Below are positions 27,201-41,947 of a DNA stretch of 64,000 nucleotides, piece by piece. The stretch comes from Tubiluchus corallicola. Its lineage: Eukaryota; Animalia; Priapulida. The stretch's first letter is position 1. Every line of letters begins with the position of its first letter. Below the pieces are notes generated by a model. That model made no database searches, was not told where the DNA came from, and saw only the letters and a list, made by a program, of their open reading frames with translations. Where the stretch lies: NCBI GenBank assembly GCA_030141605.1, contig JAQGDQ010000020.1:1-64000 (forward strand), written 5' to 3'. The position numbers and the translations under genes are program-made.

Positions 27201-30200
27201 TTACATTACATCTATTTTCCATCAATGAAGGCATCTGGCAGATGAAAACACCCAGAAGCAGGTTTTCTGGCAGTTACCATTTACTAATTAAATTTACCAT
27301 CCATTTACTAATCAAGCTCGTTGCTACTTAACTTTTGCAATTGTAGTGATCACAGTAATTACAACTCTGGAGTAGACTCTGCATGATGATCTGAAGATAA
27401 AACTTTCTTTATAACGAACATCGAAGAGTTGCCCATCAGAGAAATACTGATGTAAATACTGATAAAGCTTTCATTTAGGGAATGTTCATACTTACACAGT
27501 TGCGGCTATGGCGACACCAAGCATTTACATCACAGTCTGCTGCAAACCACATAAAATGGAATGTGACTACTATACACAATACTATACAGAAATTATTGCA
27601 TCAGGAATATAAAAAACGGGACAGATGCAAATTGCAGAAATAAATGAACACGCAACTTTAAATTTTCTGCAGACATCACATTGGTGACATTTATAGTCCA
27701 ATTAAGTACAATAAATTGAACAATACATTACTAATTAAACTTTTCCCATTTGTAGCTTACAGTATTTTGGATACTGGTGGCATTAAGGAAAATATTGTTT
27801 AAATTTCCGAAATGAGATTATTTTATTGGCATGAAACGTAGTTTCGCGTAATGAATCTCGAATTACTATACACACGTGACATTGCGCTTTGTTTTCAACG
27901 AAGTTTGATTAAGAAAACCAATTTTCAATTGAAGTGACAAATTCTTGAGGGTGTAAACTACTTGTAACATCTACGTAAATTTTTTTGTAATATTTTCCTC
28001 GTACTTTGCTTTGCCACTACGTTATGCTATAAATGATAAATGATTATTATTTATTAAAAACAATAAATTAAAATATTTGAAAGTTATAGAATGTATAGAA
28101 AGTTTTCAAACCCTGTTACTATAGCTGAGTTGAAAATACGTCTCGGGTTGTACTTTTCCAAATTGACAAATTGATTTGATTGCTGGAAGGCAAAATATGT
28201 CGTTAAGAAAATTATTAGCCAAATTATGATTAAGTCTGACTTCACTGCAAAGTTTGAAGTATTTCATTTTTATTTGGAGAATCGATCAGCTCACCCATGG
28301 GACTTTGGGCTCAGACGACTTTTAAGTGGTTTTAAACGTCAGATATTGATGTTTGCTTCCTGTGGCACATTTCTAAAAGCCAAATTTGCCTTACTGAAAT
28401 TCTCTGATGGGCAACTCTTCGATGAATTGTAGTCCGTTCCAATATTTATATAATCCTGCCGTACACAAAAGCTATTTGGGGCAAATTTTCAATCAGCCGC
28501 CCCATGGGGATAACAATCGATGGATTTTCTAAGAAAATTTGTTAGATGTACGCGATCATTGGTATGAATTCGCTTCTTCTGCAGCCCCAGTTTCCCTTAC
28601 AAGCGCAATCTGTCTGTCTGCTATAGAGATAACTTAGAGACACATATCCCTACACAGTACACGTATGTTTGCAGTTGACATAGTATGACTGTATGATATG
28701 TCATACTCAATGTATCCTATGGTCGAAAACATGTAGGGCGCGTGTGAATTTGCCTGCGAAGCTGGTATTAGCATGATTAATGACGTTTGAATATGAAGAT
28801 ACAATGCGCTTCATGTAAAAAACATCTTGGGCATTGCAAGTCAATTGGCTTGGAAAGCGTATAAAATGGCACTTACGAAATAATTTCAAAATTTTACACG
28901 ATTTTCAGTTAATAAATAATTAATAAATGTTAGTCAATTTCAGTTAATAAAAATAAAGCACTTCTTTTTAGAAAATTAACAAAAGACAAAAAAAATAACA
29001 TTAAATTTTAAGCGTTATTTCAGTTATAAAAGATGGAACCACTATGTATCTGTTTAGACTGAAGTTTTTCCATAAAATTTGGTAAGCTACTAGAAATTAA
29101 TTAAAAGAACTTCGAAGCAAACATTGCCGTATATAAACACATTTTACTTCAAGACCATCAAGTTAAATAGGCAACAGCTGAATGATCACGGCGAGCAAGT
29201 GAAGGATACCTGGCCAGGTCATTAACAAGGGCGAAACCCAGTAGATTGCATCTGGCCGATTTCATTTGCCATGCTGCTCACGCCTGTTTATCTCGTACAG
29301 GGAGTATGCAAAATATAGTATCTAAACGTGGCAAGAACGTTCAGTATTCAGTTCTGTATCTCATTTACAAGGATTATTTTTGATAATAAACTAAAATTTA
29401 TAAATCGGCTCTGTTGTTAAGTACTGTATTCCCACTGTATGAATTGCCCAGCTGTACGAAAAAATGTTTGCGGATAGCCTCAACAAGAGATTAAAGATAT
29501 TCCCTTGTGTCTTGATGATGATTGAATCAAAAGGTTTTTCAGATAAAAAATTCCTAGAATTGAATTGCCCAGAGCCAAAGACTTTACCTTCCCACAAAAT
29601 GACATTACCTGGGGATTACCTTACATCTTTGATCTTAGAGTAGCGTTAAAAGGGAAAATTCTTATACAGTCCATGTGAAAAGATCATACGTAATTCAAGT
29701 GGCATATTATATATGAGCAGGGAGATCAGTGGAAGTTTTAAATAATGATGATAATTTAGAAATGAATATTTGCGGCTGTAATAATTCTCGCGGATTCTCA
29801 CTGTTTTGAACAGTGCTCAGATAAATACGTGATACGCCAATAAAAGAAAAAGCATGCCGACACCCTACATGCTACACGATTTTTACTCCTTCCCCGCCGC
29901 CCACCCAAACAATTCCAAATTACATAAATAAAAATGCGAATTTCTTTGCATCAGTTAAACTGTTATGTGAAAATATGCCTAAATTTATTTCCAATGCCTT
30001 TAAAAATAAAGATAATTCAAGAAGATGTTTTTTCTTTGGGATGTGAGTAAGTTGGTCACACAACTTAAAATTGAACTCTGTGACCACAGTCATCATGAAA
30101 ATGTCAGGAAAGCAAACAGAGCGTTAGGATATTCAGGCATTTGAAGCGGTAGGCGGATTTCCGCCTACAACTCTACGTAGAAAACCTCGTCCAATTTTCT

Positions 30201-30625
30201 TCTACAAACAAGTATAAATGCAAACGAAAATTTTATATTTCAATGCTTGGCATTCAGTTCACAAAATGGCAGAAATCCCATGACAGCAACTCTCGACAAC
30301 GAAACCGTAAAACACCTGCAATCGTGCCTACGAATGCAAAAACCATCTAAAATGCTAAGAAAAGCTGCCATTTGTGCTGGGCCCTACGCGACATTTTCAT
30401 GTTGTAAAGACTGGGAAATGAATTTTGAAGTTCAACAATGGCACATTTGTAGTAACTCAGTGTCGCCGTGTATAGGGTCTGCAATTTAAAAAACAAAATA
30501 ATAGCCTTTCTTAGCTATAACAATTTAGACAGAATATTTATGCAGAGGTTTTACACACGTCGATTTTTCTTTCCCATCGGCAGGTGTAGTGCCCACAATT
30601 CTCATGCAAGCAAATGTCATTGTAA

Positions 30626-30710
30626 ATATGACCTAGTGATCTAAGCCATCTCTGCATATTCAGCAGAATGCTCTTGGTTCAAATTCAGACTGCATGCCAA
30701 CTTTTTCACG
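30626..30710 (+). mobile_element. Possible decayed tRNA-derived SINE head
   Basis: A-box-like TGACCTAGTGATCTAAG and B-box-like GGTTCAAATTC at tRNA-like spacing, followed by TTTTT. No intact cloverleaf. Confidence 0.3.
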
Positions 30711-33700
30711 TTTCCTGTTTTGTAAGTTTGGCATCAACGTTAATTAACTGTGGGTTTGTAACGTCATTTAAAGGCAATACTTTGCTCAGCTATGTAACTG
30801 AAAAAAAGGTAGCTATATAGCTGAAAAAGGCTCAAATAGAGTAAAAACGTTCTACTGATTTTGTTGCAAATACATGTATATTATTCATGTAATTCATGCA
30901 AGCTGTTGTTGATCCCTTATGCCACATAATTAATTACACTGGGCCTTGGTAAAGTTCCCAACTAAATGAAAAGAAAATGAAAAAAGTACTTGACTTGTCA
31001 GCACCAAGTCTGTTTTCCAGATTATCAGTAGGTAAATTAGCTGAGCAAAATATTTTTAGTGGTGCAACCATCACCTTGCTCAGTGTCATGACCATGTCAC
31101 GGCAATAATGAGCAAGAGCTGCTAATTATATCATAAAGTTCCTTCCACAGCGGCAAAGCCTTTCCTTGTTTTACAACGGAGGATAATAAATCTAGAATGC
31201 TTTCTGTAGCCCGGTAAAAGCTTTCATATCTGTGTACTATTACCAGAGTAGGGCGCTTGAGGCGTGAAAATCAGTGAGATCAATAAAAGCGCACAATCAT
31301 ACTTGAATTATAAATATTTCTAGCACAAGAAAACTGTCTAATATTAGGCCATTTGTTTATGCCAATGCCGAAGACTTACCAGGTGGTTTGAAAATTCACC
31401 TGATGATTAATAAATTAATTCTTTTAACTTTACGACTATTACAAAAGTTAAAACTTTAGCGTTCACACTACGGCTGTAGGCGTATCCTTTTTTATAGTGA
31501 CCGTTTCAAAAATGTCCGTAAATTTATTAAATGTTTAATTCGGTTAGCTTGTTGTTGGTCAAACTGTTCATTTTTTTAATAAAGGAAATTAAAAATTCGC
31601 AAGTTGGATCACAAGCAATAATGTAATTTCGTGATTTTAATCAGAAGCTATAGTTTCTCTGTTATTCGTGACATAAATTGTTTTCAAAACACTGAAGCTT
31701 TTTTATTTGAACAACATTTTAATGCTATTTACACTTTTTCATGAAAAAGTATTTATACTTTTTCCTCATACAAAAAACTTTAACAACAAATGTAATCACA
31801 GGGGTGGCAGTGTTATAATTTATAAAATGCATAAAATACATGTATAAAATACACATACAAAGTTTGCTGCCGATAACTGTTTTTACTTCAAAAGCAGTGT
31901 AGAGCACAAATAACATGATTGGAGACTTGGCTAATTAATCATTTATGACATGCTCAATTCCTTACTAACATTATCACGCAAAGTTTCAGTGTTATTTTTA
32001 TCTAATAGCATGCATATGCGTTTACCTGACGGGTTATGATAAGTGGATGTGAGGCATGGTATGCTGATGCACTGCCTTTACGACATGGGTTTACACTTCT
32101 TTATCACTACGCTTTTGGGGTGCATTTGTGTACTTACAGTTTTTCCACGTGCAATCGAAAAAGACGATTCAAGTGTACAGTAATATATACAAAATCATTT
32201 ACCAATGAATGAAAAGCATGAAAACTCCGCCGTCCATCCAGTTTCATTACTCTGGGTAATTTTCATGTTTTTCACTATTTGCTGTTGCATTGGAGTACAG
32301 GGCACTGGCAAGTAATTGCGGCACCTTACACGCTTTTATTTACACTAGAAAGCTCATGAATGTAGCATGAGCTTTTCCTGCGCAGAAATTTCACAGCAAC
32401 GCTATGTAAAGGGTAAAAAACTGCAGCTCCATAGTCATTTTTGACAAATGTGTCATTAAGCTAAGATGTAAATTAAATTTGCATTCCAGAACATTTAAGG
32501 ACAATTGTTGATACAGATAACTTCACTTAAAATCGCCGAACTGGTTTCAAAATTTCGAAAAGCACTTGCAGGCCAAACGTAGTTGTATTACTAAACCAAA
32601 ATGGTCAGACTTTGAGTTCACGCAAATAAATTCATGCAGATGATTATAATTTCATTTACTATTATTCGTCTACAGAATCCCGTTCACTATACGTACTAGT
32701 TTTAATAAATACTCTAGTTAATTTGCTTCATTGCAGATCACATTAAATTTTTGGTCTTTTCTGTGCACTGACATACAATTCAACTCTGCTACCATTTTTA
32801 CAGATGGCCAATAAAAATCATTTAACTAAACACGATTTAAAACGGTATATATGTTGAAATTAAATAAAAAAATTTAGATTACACATATAGGAATTTTGAA
32901 CGATTAACCATCATCTACGAGTCGTCACACTACAGCCCACTCGTGTGCTAATCATCAACTTCAATCGCAATGAAACAAAATGTATTTGAAAACTTAGAAA
33001 TCAACTTTGTTGAAAGTGTTCCACGGCACTTATTAAGCATAGAAATCAAAACTTTAACGTTAACTACATTCATTTACTTAAGCTGTTAAAACGTGTATTT
33101 AATGTGTGTATGTTGCCATTTAAATTAAAACAGTGAATGTTAGAAATTATTATACGCGAGCAGCGGGATCTAAGGGAACCTGTACATTGATTACTTTTAT
33201 TTATGTTAGACATCCATTTTTAATTTATATTAACTCGCAAAATTAGAGGGACAGGGTTACAAAACCTGCAACCTGTTACTCACCTGGGGTAAGAATCAAA
33301 ATCTTCTTACAATAGTACGGTTAAAAAGCAAGGGTTGCTTAAAAACCTAAGAACGGAACCAGAATGTGAAACTTACCGCAAATTGCAAACTCCTCACAGA
33401 TGAGTAAACTGCAGTGGCCAGGCCAAGTCAAGTGATAATTAGTCACAAGCACCGTGCATACTGTCGGTCAATCAACCACGAGCATAATAATCTAATAATT
33501 TGCACTTCTACACACTCTCATGCTTAAGGATTTGAATCTGAATTTATGGAGGCTTGTTTTTTTATTTTTCGAGAATGTTCGCCCTCACCCAAGATTCACC
33601 TCAGGCTGCGAGTGTCTCGGCCAATACGCTATTGAAACGCAAAAATATAGGCAATAAGCAGCAACTCTCCACATTACGCCAAATTACGCTTCCTTCACTG

Positions 33701-36700
33701 GGTTGTTACCCTAATAATTCGCCATTCATCCGTCCGTGGCACATAATTTCATGAAAACGTTTTTGCGTGATATTATGAGTGTTTAGAAAGAGATGGACTT
33801 CAAAAATCCGATACGTCCAGATTTACAGTTTGTTGCAAAAAGTCAAAGTGTGGACACGTCTTGAGCAGTGTTAAGAGCGTATCTGAACTTATTTCCGCAT
33901 TTACGGTTGCCTAATAAGGTTTGTAATATGCTGTCAGACATGAAGGACTTGTACGAAAACGAAAAATTTCAATTGTTGCTGACGTTTAAACTGTTCAAAA
34001 CGAAAAATGTGGTACCAGTATCCTAGCTGCCATGCAAAAATTCCATGAAAAAACTTTACGTTGTTGACACTAACTTGACTGATACTTTCAGAGTTGCCTT
34101 AGTTGCTGCAAGGGTAACTTTTTCTGCAGACACCACATTAAGATATCTTTGTATAAAAATTAGCCTACTAGTACTAGAATACTACTATCAATTTCCATAA
34201 TTATTGTATGTTGTATTCGCCCAAGTAAAAAAAAAGCAGGCGCGAGTAAATTATCAAAAGGCGACCAAAGATAGTTTGAGCATTTGTAATGACGTACTTT
34301 CGGAGCCGCGGCAAGCGGCTTTAATGGTATTTGTAAGCTTTGAAATACTCTTGTGCTTCCGAGATGCCAATTAAGGACGGTAATTGAACATCAGCCAGTT
34401 GTGGCCCAAATCCCTGGAGCTTAGCCTATGTAGATCAGATGGGATTATAGTTTACACTGAACCGTCATACATTAGTCAAATAAGGTTACGATAAGAAAAT
34501 GGGAGGCACATGAAATTCTAAATTTTAAGCAATTTCAATAGGAAAACTGACGATAAAATGTGTAACAAGTTAGCTTTTCTATGTAGACAAATAAAAAATT
34601 CAGTAAGGCAACGGCTAATTGGTTGATTTTAATGCCCTTGACCTGAAAGTGAAAGGTCACCTGTTATGCCTCACAATGCAGTTTAATTAAGTGGCTTCAC
34701 GCTGCATTATTTACAAACCAATAACGAGGCTATACAGTTAGCAAATATATGAGTGACGTCTTCCATACAATGTTCATTTGCATAACATTCACGAGTGAGT
34801 AACGTCGATAATTTATGCTAGACGGTGCTTCGGGCAAACGCAGAAAACAGGATGCTTAGGCACACAATCTAACTCTACGTCGATGTTCTTTTCTTGCCTC
34901 AAGCATCGGATTACTGAGAAAGTCCAATCATCAATACACCGAGCAGTTCAGATGCGTAAATCACATGTGAACAGTCGATCCTGCCAAATTGAACTCAACG
35001 CACGATTTCATGGGTTGCTGTTAGTGCTAACCTTTAAAAGGGCAGATTGGAATCAGGCTATTTTCACTCAGCCGCTCAACTTTATTTTATAGGCTATTTT
35101 TAAGGACAGTATTAATGATCAGTACATCCACGCGTTTAAGGGAGAGAGAAAGGGAAGGGAAGTGCAAATAGATGCAGCGGGAAGAGAAGAAAGACGGCAA
35201 TGTAAATAGTTTAAGAAGACTGCAAAAATAATACAATTCAATACAGGAAATAATATGCAGAAAAAGACAAGCAAGACAAAAAACAGTCATAATATTGGCT
35301 TTATTTGGTGGGTTCATTGCTACTGTAGATGTGTTGATACTCTTGTTTCATTGATCAACACTATCTGACTACAATTCTCAATATACATCCTAAGTGAGAT
35401 GCATCAACCACGCGCTGATTTATTCATGAAGTGTAGAATATAGATACAGAGGAATAAATATAGTAAGAGCAGCCACCTGATAACCTGACCAAACTATTAT
35501 GTGTTTATCGACAATCTTCTGTGAGAATAAGCTGTGAGATGGCTTGGTGTACGATTACGTTGTTTGGACGCACAGTCTTAGTAGACTCAGTTCGAGGGAA
35601 TCACTAACGTAAGTAATATATGGGGAGAGGAAATCAATACGACCACATATTATTTTTCATTTACCTTTCATATGATATTCGACAATTTTGCCATCCCATG
35701 GGGAAAGTCTTAAACGTAGACGCTGATAAAGCTTTTCACTTCTTCAATCAGTATTCTACCAATTTCAAGAGTTGAAAACTGTATAGTTATCAGTGTGGAA
35801 AATACAAACTATTGCCATGAAAACTAGCTTTTCGGATAAACGTAATCTGGCGAATAACATGTCGAAAATGTTTCGAAAATAATAAGTGCGCTGAATTTAT
35901 TACTACCACGGCACACGTTACTGTTATTAGTTCGTTCATAGTCATAACAAATTTCACTGAATGAAAAAGAAGTGTTGCTGCATTGTTTAAATGACTCTTT
36001 GCTTAAAATTTTTGTTAACATCTGTTAATATGTTCCAATTTAATTTGTTGAGTGAAACTTGATTTTGTATTGCAGGAAAGTATAGTCAAAGGCTATAATC
36101 TTCAAAATAGCGTATAAAAACTTAGCTTTTATGATTCTACTGACATTCGGCAAATTTACATTTTTGTCTGTTACTGAAAAATTAGATTTATCTGAGGCAA
36201 TAAGCATACGATTTCTTGTGTTGCAAGATGCCACCAGCTGCATCACTTCTGATATTCAGATGCAAATCTTGCAAATGCAAAGGATAGTCTGGAAGGGTGA
36301 CGAAAATAGAAACTGTAAAACAATGGGTAGTATGGAGTGTGAGAGCGACTAAGAAGCGACATCAGTTAAAAGACGAGAGAAAGAAAGTCGAAAGGAGAAA
36401 GAGAAATATCAAAGCAATGATAAAGGAACAGATGTTAGAAGAAAGCATTGAGAACTTTTGTACTTATACTATAGACTGAAAATCAGGACACGTCCTAGCT
36501 CTTTTTCGTTCATTTCATAACTTCATTGATTTTCTTTGTTCGATCAATTTACCCAATGCCTATACCCTATACATGTATTCAAGACACATTGCAAATGGGT
36601 GGATTACAGGTTTTAAGTACATCGATTAATTTTACCGCCTTCATTCAAAATTGTCAATTACTATATCACTCATTTCTAGGTAATTTTATATTTAGCATAC

Positions 36701-37134
36701 TTTTAATTTTAACACTTACCAATAAGCTGTTTTCTTGTATTATTAGTTTGCGATTTATTGCAAATTTTTAAAAACTTTAATTGTACTATTTTAAACTATT
36801 TTGGAAGATAAAATTTCTAAATATGCAGAGTTTTAATTTTGCAATCAAGCCGTGTGTTAGCTCAAGTCACATAGGCCGCCATTTGAACACAATGCTAAAC
36901 CAATATTTTTCGCAAAGATGTAATGCCTCTTTGACAAGAAATGATCAAGTAACCACTTCTAAAGACATGGATTTACAGAAACACTTCTTGGCTCTTTGAA
37001 TTATGTTCAATGCTCTAGGTTTAGACCAAACAGTTTAATCGATCTTAGCTTCTTCTAATAGGATAAATGCGTTCTAACTTACTAAAACAACTTTTAGTCT
37101 GATCTGTTAAGGCCAAATTTTAACGAAATGGAGA

Positions 37135-37785
37135 CTGACCAGACACAGCTACCAAACTTTCAGGAATGATTCTTTAGGTCATTCTAACGGCGTTTTGGCG
37201 ATCTTAATAAAATTTTGCACTTCGGCCCGCTGTCCCGTGATACTAAAAGGTCACGAAATAGTCCACTTTGGAGGCTTATAATTCCAAAACGTTTACAGAT
37301 AGACACTTATGTACTATTAGGGGCGAATAGGAACTTAAATGTGGGCTTTCTTTTGGTAGTACGATTAGTGACATTGGAACACTCGAAATGGCCAAATTAC
37401 ATCATTGGTACCCCTCTATCCATTTCACAAAATCAATAGTCTGGTCTATTAGCTGAAAAAAGAGAACTGACTGGATACAGCTGCCAAACGTTTAGGAAAG
37501 TTTCTTTGAACCATTTTAATAGCGTTTTTGGGCATTTTTATAAAATTTTGCATTTTGGCTTACTGTCCCAGGACACTAAAAGGTCACGAAATTGTGCTTA
37601 GGAACATGCACTTTGGAGGCTTATAACTTAAAAATGATCACAGATAGACTCTTCGCTACTATTAGCAGGGACGAACAGGAAGTGTTATGTGCGCTTTCAT
37701 TTGGTAAAATGATTAATGATATGATCTAGGAACACACGAAGTGACCAAATTACGTCATCAGTACCCTTTAGCCAGTTCGCAAAAT
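37135..37785. repeat. Two diverged ~320-bp tandem units of an interspersed repeat
   Basis: ACAGCT.CCAAAC...CTAAAAGGTCACGAAAT...CACTTTGGAGGCTTATAA...CAGATAGAC...CCAAATTAC.TCAT..GTACCC occurs at 37135-37440 and 37467-37785. Family not assigned. Confidence 0.7.
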
Positions 37786-40700
37786 AAATTATTTGTACCT
37801 AACTTGCAAGCGAAGCCACAAAATGTTACGAAATGTATTATGGACCAATAAGAAATCGGCCATTTGCTACAAGAATTTTGTGTCTAAGTTGTACGCCAGG
37901 GGCAGTGACGACGTCATCGGCACCCTTGTACCATGGACCAAATTCAGATCATCTTATTTTTTCGTAATATATGTCATTTACATTCATGCAAAGTGTGTTA
38001 ATTATCTATATTAGGTAAGTTACATTCAGTCTGAGTGTGTGTCCCATCAACGAAGATACGGGACTAAGCACCCTGTCCCGAACATCATGGCTGCTTTACC
38101 CGAGAAATTAATTTACAGATAACCATTAATAATCTTAAAATACATCAAATGACGATAACAAAACGAGAAATTGAATGCGCAGCTTTTTGTCCAATAGCTA
38201 GTTTACTAAGTGTACTAATTAACTGTAGTCAATTATCTATCTACAGCTTGTGTCGATTTCATTTCAAGTTGAATTTATGAGTCCATTGCAATTTCTGCTG
38301 CATATTGTTCGTGTACATACTCTTGACTATGCGCTCGATCTTTTCACCAGAAAATTTTTGAAACAATAACTTCTTTTTCATACACCAAATTACTAGTTTC
38401 ATCATCTTCACAGCCATAACTCTGTCTGATTGCAAATAGTTCTTTGACGAATCTTTTGCCGTTCAATGTTCACCAGCTTTTTTACCTTGTTTTTCCCGTA
38501 TTATGGCCCTGAAAGCTTCTATTTTTATAGATTTATTTGTCATAATTAGATGCGCTTTTGCAAGAAATTTTTTTATAAAATGAAGAGTCGTTACTTTCTC
38601 TGCTGCCACACAGTATGCGTACAATGTACACTGTACGCAAAAGCGGGTTAACATGCTAATGGTGTCTACAATAAAACGTTGAATAATGTAATCTTAAGAA
38701 GGCAGGTAAAGCAAAAATGGAAAGTATTTTGCTGCAAGAAGACAAGTTCATATTGGCGTCTATATATTTCGACAGGAGTATAACACAAGCAGTTTGTTTC
38801 AGCAAGTTAAAACGTTGTGCATTTATGTTATACACACACTATGTTATATTAGTATAATATTAGTATAGTATAGTACATTAGTATAATATATACAATTACT
38901 TATGCTAAAACTAATCTAAAAAATTTAAGAATTACTTCCAGAATTTGGCGCCCCAAAAAATTTGGCATCCTGGGCAAGTGCCTAATTTCCCTAGTGGTAT
39001 AGCTGGCCCTGCTTTCAAGCATAGCGAAGCTACTAAAAATTCGTTTTGTAAGTACTAAAATTCGCAGAAAAATGGGTATTAAATTGAATCGTTTACGTAT
39101 TGAAAACAATTGGTTATCGAACGGTTTAATGGACTGAAAAGAAAGACAATTTCAGCAATGTCGTCTGTTCAGTTGAGCTCCATGCTCTGCAGAGTATATC
39201 ATATGTATAATCTAAACAATTCATTCTGCCAATCCGCAACGTTTTTGAGATCAGAGAGAATTTTCAGGCGCATGCCAGTTCGGAGGACAAATAGAAAGAA
39301 GGAAGTGAAGCCATTTCAAAACAGTATTGACATTAAACTGAAACCAGTCAAAGTACTAGCAGGCTGGCTTCCTGTACAACAGACGATAAATTGGGGTCAA
39401 TGTGAATTTACTATATTGATCCACCTTGTGCAGACAATTTAGTCGACCTAACAAGGACAAGCCAATGGTCATCCAAGGGTAATTACCGCGACACAGATTG
39501 AACTGAGCTTATTTGTATTACAACCAGCTTTAATAACAGTTAGCAGTAGAGCTCACCAGTGAGTAATTTACAGACTCTCATTCCTATTAAAGTGAGCAAT
39601 AAACAATTTCTAATTAGAAGCCAGAATATCGGGCTTTGTGTTTCCTATGCGTTTTCTATTGGGAAAAATTCGTGAAAGCTAATTAACTGCCACATAAATT
39701 GAGCCTAGTTTCACAATGCAGCTGAAGCTACTGAGATGCGCAGTGTCAGTTACCTACGGCATAATAGAAACGCGTTTTAATTTGTCAGCAAAGGAGATTT
39801 CATTTTCGTGTGTCAGCTGCAAATCAAGCTAGCGACTGTAGAGCGAAATTTCGCCGGTGCCTTTATGAAATTCATAACGATAGTTCGCCAGCCGAGACAA
39901 TATAATTTAACGGCGGGTGTCGCATCAGAATCAGAGTGAAAGAAGAATGCAACTGAAGCTTTTAGCAAGACAGAAGAAAAAATAGCAATGAGAAATACAA
40001 GGATATTGAGCCATTTAAAGCAGCATAATTTTGATTGATATCGGTTTTGCCAATAAGCCAATAGCAGTGTGATAAAAAGTTCAGTCCTTAATAACGATGG
40101 TGCTACAGTATTTTTCAGTTTAAGGAAGTTGTGAGCAAAATGGTCAGTAACTTCACTAACATAATGATATCATATTAGGCATGACAGATTTTCAAATGGT
40201 TTTATCAACGCAAGTCAGACTACCGAGAGTTTCACACGGCACAGACTCACACTTAAATTCCCAGTTATTTGAACGTAAACACCATATTAAATAAATTAAA
40301 ATAAAGTTTGCCACTTCAATGAATCTTAGATGTGATTTTTTGATCAAGTAATTAATGATAAATGACTCATAACAATCACTAATTAACCACATAAAATATC
40401 ATTATATCAGAATAAAAGTACTTGGTATATGTAACTAAGAAGAACGTCCAGATCATGAGGAAAATTATTGATTGTCTACAAAATATTATTTTTAAAGCAA
40501 GATTTTGTGAGTGTAAGATGTCACAGATATTCCTCAATTTGGCTCAGAATCTACCACGTATTTATAGGTCCTAATACAACATACTTTGATACTAAAAGGG
40601 CACAATTCACAGACTTTTAAAAGCTATTTCAGAAACAATGCAAACTAAGCCTGCAATAACAAAAGCCACTCAGAATTTCGGAGAACTTTTGCTGTCTTAA

Positions 40701-41947
40701 TCAAGTCAGTAAATAGATGCGTACGAGAATAACATCAAAGTTTGAGAAGTAATTTAGAAATATTGCGTTCGTATATAGTTGGATGAAAGCTTGGTAAAAA
40801 CAAACGTGCCTGAATTTCTCTGCTTTTAAATATCTGTCTAATTGAGGTTTCTTTATCGATACTGCAGCTATCTCAAAAACAGATATCACTGAAAATAAAA
40901 CTACGATATCACAAAAGTCAAACTATAGGAACGTCTATTACCGTCAACCTACGTTCTTAATTTAAAAATAATAAAAGGCCAAAACCATTATACAAATTTA
41001 TCTGGATTTACGCTTTCAGAGACGTTACACTTTCAACTGCTGTATAGATGGGACTGCTTTTCAAGAGTCCTGATTTACAAAGCCCAAGAAGGTAAACATG
41101 GCCAAAGAAGAAGAGTTGTAATAAGCAGTGACACATAAAGGGTTACGCAGATGTTTTGCTGTTCAGAAAATTTCATATTGATCTGCGTCAGTCACCCATG
41201 AGATCTGGGTAAAATATGTGTATGGACTTCTAAAACTCCTAGAATGAAATGAAACACTGTAGCTTTGACCTAACATGGCTTATTTAAAATAACCAGCTGC
41301 CTATCTATTATGCATTGTCACTGTGCAAAATTATACATAAAATTTAGTAATTTTGTAAGGCAGTCAACAGTTGTGCAATGAGCTGAACAGTTTAAGTACT
41401 GACTGAAAATAAAAAAAATGTTTGTTGTTTTGTCAGCTAATTTCTACTGTAATGCACTGGATAATCAGCTTTCTGTCACTTATACATTTTAAACAGGTAG
41501 TATCTTTGTATAGAAGAATATATACTGCTTGCAGTTTGTGTGTTCATAAGAAGCTTTATGTTCGCAGCCGCGTGATTTTACTATAACGAGCCTCACAAAT
41601 TCGTTGTAGAGTGGAGGAACGTGATTATTCACATTATTATTATGCTTTCAATATGCAAATTGCCTTCATTACTGAATTCACACACAAGGAGTTATCAGAA
41701 AGGTGTTGTGAAAAGCACAGTTTTTGATGCATTGGTGCTCAAATATAATTTTCAGTCCAGCGACAACATTAATTAGCTTCTGATCAATTCTTGTGACGGC
41801 ATTACTGCCAACTAAAAGAATGTAATTTGTTCACTGAAGATGATACGATTTTGAAAATGTCAATTTGAGAATTGTATTGGCAAAAGCATCTATTGATCAA
41901 AAATAATGGCTAAATCAGTAAATGTTTTTTGTTGGTTTTTGCAGACA

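Noticed and set aside
38344-38421. Minus-strand SYGCEDDETSNLVYEKEV...* as Acl4-like last exon
   Set aside because: Only CEDDE is suggestive and the polypyrimidine tract is poor. Not supportable without RNA data.
21300-41000. Numerous 60-130 aa ORFs
   Set aside because: No recognisable domains, no consistent exon chain, and many begin at non-ATG codons. Expected by chance.
41906-41947. ORF-track start codon for the LRR protein
   Set aside because: The first 13 codons overlap a polypyrimidine tract and AG acceptor. ATG 41948 is the more plausible start.
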